A stretch of 64,000 nucleotides of DNA from positions 1,107,270 through 1,171,269 of the forward strand of contig JAHDYR010000005.1 in assembly GCA_019828565.1 (NCBI GenBank). Direction: 5' to 3'. Numbering within the stretch: position 1 is the first letter of the stretch; every line of letters begins with the position of its first letter. The position numbers and the translations under genes are program-made. Positions 55,352 through 64,000 of this stretch are shown here, in pieces. The notes below the pieces were generated by a model, which made no database searches, was not told the DNA's origin, and saw only the letters and a program-made list of their open reading frames with translations. The DNA is from Carpediemonas membranifera BICM (Eukaryota; Protista; Fornicata).

Positions 55352-56281
55352 TTATTTCTCCATCTGCGAGTTAAGCCAGGCCACTGCCTTTCCCGTCAGA
55401 TATACCTTACGTGTGTCGTGCACCTTCTTTGTTGCTCTTGCGGCTGAAGCATCAACAGTGGCCTGCTTCAACAAATCTCGGCAGCTAGACTTCGGCGTCT
55501 TGGTGCCACGCCGCGTGCAGGCCCACTCTCTATCGTCCACGGACTCACCACACACAACGGATGACCCTGCGAATACGGTCGGTGGCTTCTCCTTCAGCTT
55601 CTGTCGAAGCAGATCGCACATCGCGGTCTTGACGACGCGTCGAGACAATTCATGCGTGCGCAGGGTACTAACAGGCTCAACCAACAGCTCTGTCTGAGTA
55701 GACGCCTCCTCTAGGTCTCGCACAGTCTGAGTCTCTGCATGCTCACCCTGTGGCGAAAACTGCTGGCATTTTCCCACCATCCTCGGCTTATCAGGATCAG
55801 GACCCAGCGCAGTCATGTAAACAGGTACCTCAACCCGCTTCTCGACTATCCTGACAGGCTGGGAGTCCCTGCGGGAAGGGGCTTGCGGGTGAACTCGCGT
55901 CCTGGTCGGCCCCCCGTTCGCCTCGTTGTGCAGAGCCTCCATGAAGGCATTGAAGCCGTCATCACGGCCCACCTTCTGCGTCACAAACGACATGACGCAT
56001 GTGACCGACATCTCAAAGGATGCAAAATCGGCAGCACTGGAAACATCGCGATTGTGGCAGATTGAGTTTCGAGCTGCCAACAGCTCGCGTATATGTCTCT
56101 TATCAGCGTGGTGAAGATCAGGAACACGATGTAGGATCGCTTGCAAAAGCATAGCCGGATCCATCTCGCCACCGTCACCACGGTACCTCGCGATGTACTC
56201 CTGCAGCTTCGGAATCATCCTCAGTAGCGCTTCAAACATCATGCTGGCGTATCCTGCTGAATCCTTCACCCCAGAGCTCAT
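55352..56281 (-). CDS. 309-aa protein with N-terminal Swt1-like HEPN domain
   Basis: MDPAMLLQAI...IRELLAARNSICH (Rx4H). Confidence 0.65.
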   Translation of the reverse strand: MSSGVKDSAGYASMMFEALLRMIPKLQEYIARYRGDGGEMDPAMLLQAILHRVPDLHHADKRHIRELLAARNSICHNRDVSSAADFASFEMSVTCVMSFVTQKVGRDDGFNAFMEALHNEANGGPTRTRVHPQAPSRRDSQPVRIVEKRVEVPVYMTALGPDPDKPRMVGKCQQFSPQGEHAETQTVRDLEEASTQTELLVEPVSTLRTHELSRRVVKTAMCDLLRQKLKEKPPTVFAGSSVVCGESVDDREWACTRRGTKTPKSSCRDLLKQATVDASAARATKKVHDTRKVYLTGKAVAWLNSQMEK

Positions 56282-56582
56282 ATCGGTTTCTTCAGAACGA
56301 AATTCTAAAGAAATGTTCGGTGGTAAGTGAGATCACTGCGCATCTAGAGACAGCAGAAACGTAACCTACAGCCCATATTGATGTGGGCTGGTCTTATCCG
56401 GATGTCCAAGGACCTTGATTCGCTCTGGGGTAGTCCCCCATGACCGTCAGGCACGCGAACCGCATCCTGCACGAAGCGGGGATGCAGAGTCTGAAAAGAC
56501 CCATCTCTCTGTCCGATCTGGATACCCCTGACGATAGATGGAATGAATGAAGCTGTAAACATATCCATTGACTCTGAATCTT

Positions 56583-57512
56583 TTATTTCTCCATCTGCGA
56601 GTTAAGCCAGGCCACTGCCTTTCCCGTCAGATATACCTTACGTGTGTCGTGCACCTTCTTTGTTGCTCTTGCGGCTGAAGCATCAACAGTGGCCTGCTTC
56701 AACAAATCTCGGCAGCTAGACTTCGGCGTCTTGGTGCCACGCCGCGTGCAGGCCCACTCTCTATCGTCCACGGACTCACCACACACAACGCATGACCCTG
56801 CGAATACGGTCGGTGGCTTCTCCTTCAGCTTCTGTCGAAGCAGATCGCACATCGCGGTCTTGACGACGCGTCGAGACAATTCATGCGTGCGCAGGGTACT
56901 AACAGGCTCAACCAACAGCTCTGTCTGAGTAGACGCCTCCTCTAGGTCTCGCACAGTCTGAGTCTCTGCATGCTCACCCTGTGGCGAAAACTGCTGGCAT
57001 TTTCCCACCATCCTCGGCTTATCAGGATCAGGACCCAGCGCAGTCATGTAAACAGGTACCTCAACCCGCTTCTCGACTATCCTGACAGGCTGGGAGTCCC
57101 TGCGGGAAGGGGCTTGCGGGTGAACTCGCGTCCTGGTCGGCCCCCCGTTCGCCTCGTTGTGCAGAGCCTCCATGAAGGCATTGAAGCCGTCATCACGGCC
57201 CACCTTCTGCGTCACAAACGACATGACGCATGTGACCGACATCTCAAAGGATGCAAAATCGGCAGCACTGGAAACATCGCGATTGTGGCAGATTGAGTTT
57301 CGAGCTGCCAACAGCTCGCGTATATGTCTCTTATCAGCGTGGTGAAGATCAGGAACACGATGTAGGATCGCTTGCAAAAGCATAGCCGGATCCATCTCGC
57401 CACCGTCACCACGGTACCTCGCGATGTACTCCTGCAGCTTCGGAATCATCCTCAGTAGCGCTTCAAACATCATGCTGGCGTATCCTGCTGAATCCTTCAC
57501 CCCAGAGCTCAT
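56583..57512 (-). CDS. 309-aa HEPN-motif protein, second full copy
   Basis: One aa difference (S/C) from 55352-56281. Confidence 0.65.
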   Translation of the reverse strand: MSSGVKDSAGYASMMFEALLRMIPKLQEYIARYRGDGGEMDPAMLLQAILHRVPDLHHADKRHIRELLAARNSICHNRDVSSAADFASFEMSVTCVMSFVTQKVGRDDGFNAFMEALHNEANGGPTRTRVHPQAPSRRDSQPVRIVEKRVEVPVYMTALGPDPDKPRMVGKCQQFSPQGEHAETQTVRDLEEASTQTELLVEPVSTLRTHELSRRVVKTAMCDLLRQKLKEKPPTVFAGSCVVCGESVDDREWACTRRGTKTPKSSCRDLLKQATVDASAARATKKVHDTRKVYLTGKAVAWLNSQMEK

Positions 57513-58054
57513 ATCGGTTTCTTCAGAACGAAATTCTAAAGAAATGTTCGGTGGTAAGTGAGATCACTGCGCATCTAGAGACAGCAGAAACGTAACCTAC
57601 AGCCCATATTGATGTGGGCTGGTCTTATCCGGATGTCCAAGGACCTTGATTCGCTCTGGGGTAGTCCCCCATGACCGTCAGGCACGCGAACCGCATCCTG
57701 CACGAAGCGGGGATGCAGAGTCTGAAAAGACCCATCTCTCTGTCCGATCTGGATACCCCTGACGATAGATGGAATGAATGAAGCTGTAAACATATCCATT
57801 GACTCTGAATCTTTTATTTCTCCATCTGCGAGTTAAGCCAGGCCACTGCCTTTCCCGTCAGATATACCTTACGTGTGTCGTGCACCTTCTTTGTTGCTCT
57901 TGCGGCTGAAGCATCAACAGTGGCCTGCTTCAACAAATCTCGGCAGCTAGACTTCGGCGTCTTGGTGCCACGCCGCGTGCAGGCCCACTCTCTATCGTCC
58001 ACGGACCCACCGCACACGGCATTCATGATTCCAAGGTCTAATTATTTACTCGAT

Positions 58055-59584
58055 TTATTCCGGCACCTCGTTGAGCAGGAAATAGTGCACTTTCAGGCGA
58101 GCATATCTCACTCTAGACACGCTGCACTTGACCACCTTAGCCACGCCATCGCAGTCACCCACAACATCATACCACTGCCCTTCTGTGTCGCATAATGCGT
58201 ACACACGCTCATATGTCTGATAGACAGCTGTTGCCTCAAAGGGCATATCTAGCGTACAATCGTCCTCGCAAATATGGGTGCAACCAGGAGACACCCAAAT
58301 CAGCCGCCAGGGGGAAAAACAACACCGCCTTTACATTCAAAGGGAATGCAATCGGCGTTGCTGTGAGGCATTTCTCGCGCTGCTGGTATTCAGGCAGTAG
58401 GCCAGACTGGGCGATATGTTGGGGAACCACACCGGCGAACAGGAGTTGACTGCCGCTGAGGAAGACGTTGCAGCGACAGTCTGCCATGAGCTGGTCGACC
58501 CTGAACGGCAGCTTTTCGAAGCCCCGTATACATCTATCGCGTCCAAGTCCCAGCTTATAGTGGCGGTTGAAATCGCTGATTACCTGCTGATCGCCCGCGG
58601 AGAGGATAACTGTCCCCCTCCATACATGATCCGATCAGGGATGAAGCCAGTGGGCACAGCGACTGGGTGGAAGACGTATCTTCTCAGATCGTCATGAACT
58701 GTGAAGCATGCACCGTTTCCAGCCATGAAAGTACCGACTGGGGTGAGGATGAACCTGCGACAAGCCTGCTCCGACACATCGATCACCATCCTGTTCTTCT
58801 CCCAGGGGGCAGACTGGCCTCGAGCTCGGCGATATTAGGGCAGCTGGTGAAGGTGAGGCGGGTCGCATTCCAGTGCCAGTCCAAGCTCCATGCCCACAGA
58901 CCCTTAGGTGTCCTGGTCAGATGGCTGAAATTGCAACTGTAGACCTCGAGGGCCCTGGGCATCCTGGCTCTAATGAAGATGGCGAGGTTGTCTGGACGAA
59001 GCATGAATAGACGGCCCATGTACATGCGGTGATGGTAGTGTGTGTTGCCATTTGAGAATTGGTAGTACTCGCCGTCCTTCTCGGCGACGTTCAGTGTGAA
59101 GAAGAACTTGCGGCAGAGGAACCAGAGACACTTGCCCTCGGGGGGCGAGAGCATTTCGGATGAGGTCCTGGAGGTCTGGGTTGGCCCCTCCACCCATAAG
59201 ACACGCCCACACCGCGCCCTGGTTCAGTGTGTGCATGGCTGCCGGGAGCTCATCGCCAGGCGAGAGCTCGACGTTCATGGACAGCGGGGGTCCGTCTGCG
59301 AGGATCGAGCGGGCGTGATCTAGGAGGACTTGTGCGGTTGGTTCAAGCGGGGGATCTTGGAGAGCGTGGCGAGGAGGGATTCGAGAGAAGGGGCGCTCGC
59401 TGGTGCAGTAGTGCTCTCTGCGTTGTGGAACGAGGGCATCTCCTCGCCAAAAATGCCTGGTGTAGGCGCATTGGAGCAAGGATGGTACGTCCCCGGAGAT
59501 ACGGGCTGCTACAACTAGCGAGGCGCGGAATACGGAGATAAGGGCTTCTTTGATGGCTGATGGGGAGGAACTAGCACTGCTCAT
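58055..59584 (-). pseudogene. Chain of overlapping minus-strand ORFs, probably one frameshifted unknown gene
   Basis: ATG at 59584 then successive overlapping ORFs; no motif recognised. Confidence 0.35.
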
Positions 59585-60286
59585 CGATTCCAGCGCTCAG
59601 TTCGGTGGCGACTTGTTCTCGTTCTTAAACTGCTCAATGAGAAAGGATGACAGCAGAAACGACGTCCTGGAGGACGTCCTGGTGTTGGGAGGGGTGTTCT
59701 TGAGCACGTGATAGTGGACGGCCTTGTTGGTGGGCGCGGCCCATGAGAAGCACCAGCGCAAGTAAAGCATTTTGCAATATATTACTTGCGTTTGCGCTGT
59801 CGTTCTCCGGGCGCACTTCCCCGGCCGCTCTTTGACACGGACATTGCCGTGGGGCCTCCTCCTCGTAGCTGTTTCCTCCCCGGGTTCTGTAAATGGTGTG
59901 TTTTTGATTCATCTGTCCCTTTGTTTGTCTCGGCGTTGAACTTTGAAAGCAATAAATGGCTACGATCAAGATATTATTGTCCAATGAGGCTCTTTACATC
60001 GCCTTCTAGCTCGATATTGATGTTGTTAGTGATTTTCTAGAGTACAGCACCAGTTTCGGTAATAGGGGGACAGACGAGCGCAAACAACTACATGGCTCCG
60101 AACTACACGCGTCTTGGCGTTGATATTGGTTATTAAATGCACTGCTGGTAGCATATTGAGGGATTTCGTCACTGTACTCGAATGCACAAGTGTGCAGTTT
60201 ATGCATCTGCCGGAATCTCATTTTAAGGGAGATAACAGCGTCCTAAACAACAGGGATCTGTCAGTCATTATCAAACTTTACTTCTC

Positions 60287-61310
60287 TCACTCAGCCTCGT
60301 TGTCCCGCTTCTCCGGAGTAACCAATTGAGCCTTCCTTGTGCCGGGACGGGTGACACCAAAGACTCGGAAGAGTAAGTCGCTCGTCTGCTCCAAACCCTG
60401 GCTTTCCTCAAGCCTCAGAATGTTGTGCCGGATCTTATCTCGGTCCTGGTCTTGAAGATGCCCGAGCTCAGCGTTCAGCCTGTTATCAAAGGCTTGGCTG
60501 AAGATGAGCACGGAATGGGCCAGGGTTAGGGGCACAGCTTGGTGACTGGCGAGCTCGCGGAACTCCTTTGGCCAGAGAATGGCGTACTTGATCATTTTTG
60601 GCGTACTTACGCCGCACATTGTGGGTCTTGATGGAACTCATCTCGTGGATGCGCTTGTAGATGCCATCACAGTAGGTGTTCTTGCCAACGCGCCCAGCCA
60701 GTACATCGGCACGTAAACGTTCGGCTGCGGCGTCAAGACGGGCGACCCTACCCTCATCGTCGACGGGCATCGCTCCACGCTTCCCTGCGATCGTGTACAG
60801 CTCCAGCTGCCAAGCAATCATGATCCGCAGCATCATCTCGCGTGTTGCACCAGACGTCATTGTCTCTAGCATGAGTTCCAGGCGGTGTTCATCCATGTAG
60901 CCAGACTGAATGACAGTAAGCGTCGTCATAGCACTGGATACTGGCGCGATAATGCCGCCATACCAAGGCTCCTCCTTGAGCACCGCGGTAACATCGAATG
61001 TCTCAAGGGTGAGATCAATCTTGGGCTTCTTCTTCTTGTCCTTCTTGCTCGCCGAAGGCTGCCCTCACCCTCACCTGATGCTTCTTCGCCAGCCTTGCCC
61101 ACACCCTCGGCCGATGCCTGTCCCTCCCTGGTGATAGAACCATCTACTTGGCAGCTCCGACGTGCGAAGCGCCTCGTAGACGGGATTGCTGCTTCTTGTA
61201 CGTTCTCTGCAGCCACCACAACATCGCTTGTGCTCTCAAGAGGCTTTTTGCTTGCGCTCTGTCAGCATCTCGACGACGTTCTCGTGAACACGGTGCTTCA
61301 GAACATCAAC
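60287..61310 (-). CDS. Hypothetical protein (frameshifted)
   Basis: Overlapping ORFs 60926-61219, 60486-60983 and 60287-60619. Confidence 0.35.
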
Positions 61311-61626
61311 AACGCCTTCAGTGCGATACTTAGGCTCAATGCTGAAGTAACAAAATCAATGCATGCACGATCTGGCGCTTTGATCCTTCCATCTCTTCGT
61401 CTCTTTCGTTCATTCGGAAACCGTTAAATAAACCATGGAATGGGTGGAACATGCGAGTGATCCAGACCTCAAGCGTGTCTACACACGGCATCTTGCTTCA
61501 TAAATGACTGTTTATTGCCCAAATTTTTGTGTTGCGGCGTGACCGAATCGAACGAGAACATGAAGCTCACCAACAAGGCAGATACTGTGATTACGGCGGA
61601 GGAATACCAGCAATACTACTCCTCTG

Positions 61627-62220
61627 ATGACTTTTGAGTCATTTGTTGCGGCCTGTGATGAAGCAGGCATTCGTTCTGCCCACAGCACCACGTTCTCCGT
61701 CACAGTGGACAAGAATGGCTTCAACAGCGAGCTAGATCTGGCCATGGTGCCTCAGCATGCGCTTATGGGTCCGACAGTGGGCGATGGTATCCTTACCAAC
61801 AAGAGCATCCCCAACGACGCAGTCATTGGCATATACTGCGGCAAGATCATCCCCGAGCCCGAACCTGGTGCAGTCACGACCTACGTGACGAGGCTCAAGA
61901 AGCCTAACAACTTTGCTGTTGACTCGGCCGGCCTCACGTTCGGCTGTCACAAGATCAACGATGGTGCCGCTTTCTACAACGTCGTACCGGGGACGGCCTA
62001 CGTTAATGTGCAGGTGGGGGACCAGAAGAAGCGTCTTCCCGTCATTCTTTACTTGGCGGATCGCGCTATTGCCAAGTTCGAGTACCTCTCGATCGAGTAT
62101 GGCGAGCAGTACTGGCGTGGACGCAAGCCCATGGCCCTCTACCCCTTCTGTCTGGAGAAGATGCTTGCTGAGGCTGAGTATGAGGAGATCAACGATGTCT
62201 TAGACGCCGTTCTCTCCTAA
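61627..62220 (+). CDS. SET-domain lysine methyltransferase (second, divergent)
   Basis: VGDGILTNKSIP...IGIYCG, AVDS...KINDG...N, YLADRAI...EYLSIEYGEQYW. Confidence 0.82.
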   Translation: MTFESFVAACDEAGIRSAHSTTFSVTVDKNGFNSELDLAMVPQHALMGPTVGDGILTNKSIPNDAVIGIYCGKIIPEPEPGAVTTYVTRLKKPNNFAVDSAGLTFGCHKINDGAAFYNVVPGTAYVNVQVGDQKKRLPVILYLADRAIAKFEYLSIEYGEQYWRGRKPMALYPFCLEKMLAEAEYEEINDVLDAVLS

Positions 62221-62445
62221 CCTAAATTGAGATCCCAACAATTCATTGCTTTCAAAAGTTCAAGGGTCCTTCTACCTGGCCCATCATCACTGGGATCCTC
62301 GTGCTTGGCGCCCACATCCCCGATGTCACCCAAAAAGATCTAGAATTTTCCGAAAATCGGCTTCCGACAATTTTAATTGATCCCTGACGCTCGATGGAAC
62401 TGGATATTGCGTATCAACTGGTTGCTCTGAAGGAGATGAAGTCTA

Positions 62446-62892
62446 TTGAGTCTCTTAAGATCAATTCCATCACGATTCAGAAGGAAAAAGGTCCGGAAAG
62501 CTGTCATTCTTGCTTTCGCGCAGTCTCCCGCGGGTAAGAAGTGGGTAACGAGCACACTGAGGCTCTGTGCTGACCGCTACAGCGCTTCGATCCAGTACAA
62601 CGTGCAGAGCATGTTGTTTGGCATGAACTCCAACGCCACATTCAACGAGGAGGCAGCAATAGCGACTCTGCGCGTTCATGAGAGGCTCGTGACCCCGCTA
62701 CACCAGTCAGTCTTCGCTAACATGGTCAGGGCCAAGCACAAGACACCGACTCTAGACGATTTCCTCGATACCGCGTGTGTCTTCCCGACTTTTACTGAGT
62801 TGGATCGCCTTGCCGCATGGGTGGGTGAGCGCAACCCCAGTGTCTGGGTCATCATGACGGAGGCTCGTATTACTGGCGTTTTTAGATGGTGA
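62446..62892 (+). CDS. Hypothetical protein
   Basis: 148-aa ORF with non-ATG start; no motif recognised. Confidence 0.3.
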   Translation: MSLLRSIPSRFRRKKVRKAVILAFAQSPAGKKWVTSTLRLCADRYSASIQYNVQSMLFGMNSNATFNEEAAIATLRVHERLVTPLHQSVFANMVRAKHKTPTLDDFLDTACVFPTFTELDRLAAWVGERNPSVWVIMTEARITGVFRW

Positions 62893-64000
62893 GATCTATG
62901 AGCCGCTGCTTCGGGCCGTTGCTGACGACGTTGATAGATTCACGTTCGGCAGCCCTGAAAAGTTCCTCCAGTTAACCGACACGAGCCTTGACTATGCCGT
63001 CGAGAGTGTCCAGATCAAGGACTATGCCAATCGTCGCTGCCTTGTCAAGTGGATCGGGTATCCTGTGCCTGTCACCGTTCCGCTGACCGATACGTTGCGT
63101 GAGCTGGAGGCTGGGGAAACCTCGGGGTTTGTGGGCGTGCGACGGGAGATAACCTTCTCTGGGCGGGGTCGTACAACCGGGGAAATTCAGAACAATCTTT
63201 TCAGGCGTCGGGAACCCGAGCCTGACGTTTCTGAGGAGTAAATCAAGATAATATTGTCCAATGAGGCTCTTTACATCGCCTTCTAGCTCGATATTGATGT
63301 TGTTAGTGATTTTTCTAGAGTACAGCACCAGTTTCGGTAATAGGGGACAGACGAGCGCAAACAACTACATGGCTCCGAACTACACGCGTCTTGGCGTTGA
63401 TATTGGTTATTAAATGCACTGCTGGTAGCATATTGAGGGATTTCGTCATTGTACTCGAATGCACAAGTGTGCAGTTTATGCTTTCTCGGCCAGCCGACGA
63501 TATTTACCACCACGAGACAGCTGCATACAGGCTGTAGACTGAGACATATACAGCAGGCTGAGTAATATAGCACCATACCCCCTACAAACCGCGAATCAAC
63601 CTCAAAGTCACATAAACATAAGCGATACGGTCGGTATATCAATCCTTTACTCTTACTTCTTCACTGACCATCTCCTCCTCTTCAGCCCGGGAGGAACCTT
63701 GCGCAGAGTGGCGTGTCCCCTTGTCACTTCGACCGCATACTCGATTTCCCACTCGCGACACTGTTGGGCAAAACACGCCAGGGCGCTCTGGCCGTTTTCG
63801 TTGGGCTTCAACGCGACATGTGTCACCCTTGCCTCCTCAGACTTGCTAAAAACGTACATGCGAGACGACTGGATCGATCTTTGGGTCAAAATCCCGGACA
63901 ACATGGAGGTATGCAACGGACTTTCCAGTCATTGAGCACCAGGCTTCAGCAGCCCACTGAGTTAACCACTTCTCCTGCCATGATTGAGAAGCACCGATGC

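Larger units (their letters stand above)
54684..58017. repeat. 1,231-bp tandem repeat, ~2.7 units
   Basis: ORF starts 55050, 56281, 57512 are spaced exactly 1,231 bp; units near-identical. Confidence 0.95.
59965..63481 (+). repeat. 240-bp direct repeat pair (59965-60204 and 63242-63481)
   Basis: Near-identical (about 3 differences), AT-richer than flanks. Confidence 0.9.

Noticed and set aside
55113-57799. 74-aa ORF MDMFTASF... in each 1,231-bp unit as a partner/antitoxin
   Set aside because: Short, no motif, and conservation is uninformative because the units are identical. Cannot be supported, though not excluded.
59965-63481. LTR retrotransposon
   Set aside because: No TG...CA termini, PBS/PPT, gag or pol between the repeats.

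Overview
Eukaryotic (probably protist) repeat-rich locus, not bacterial. An intact tRNA-Thr(AGT) gene at 415-487 anchors a ~52.6-kb head-to-tail array of 13 antisense CRE-clade (RT + restriction-like endonuclease) non-LTR retrotransposon units. These comprise two autonomous families (A x7, B x3) and a 390-bp internally deleted B derivative (x3). Units are separated by the last 12 nt of the tRNA (CGGGAGGGAGCA), which points to sequence-specific insertion at the tRNA 3' end. Nested in the array are: (i) a PAT/DIRS-type tyrosine-recombinase retroelement with split direct repeats (1.5 copies); (ii) a 7.1-kb APE-type LINE with a 13-bp TSD whose polyprotein carries an OTU protease and a Maelstrom-like DEDDh nuclease ahead of APE-RT; (iii) an 8-kb block with SET, OTU and GNAT genes plus a Chapaev/Transib/RAG1-like transposase. 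The right end holds a second Maelstrom-like fragment, a 1,231-bp tandem array of a HEPN-motif gene, unknown ORFs and a second SET gene between 240-bp direct repeats. Most frameshifts I located fall in homopolymer runs and may be long-read errors. All domain calls are from motif recognition by eye, not database searches.
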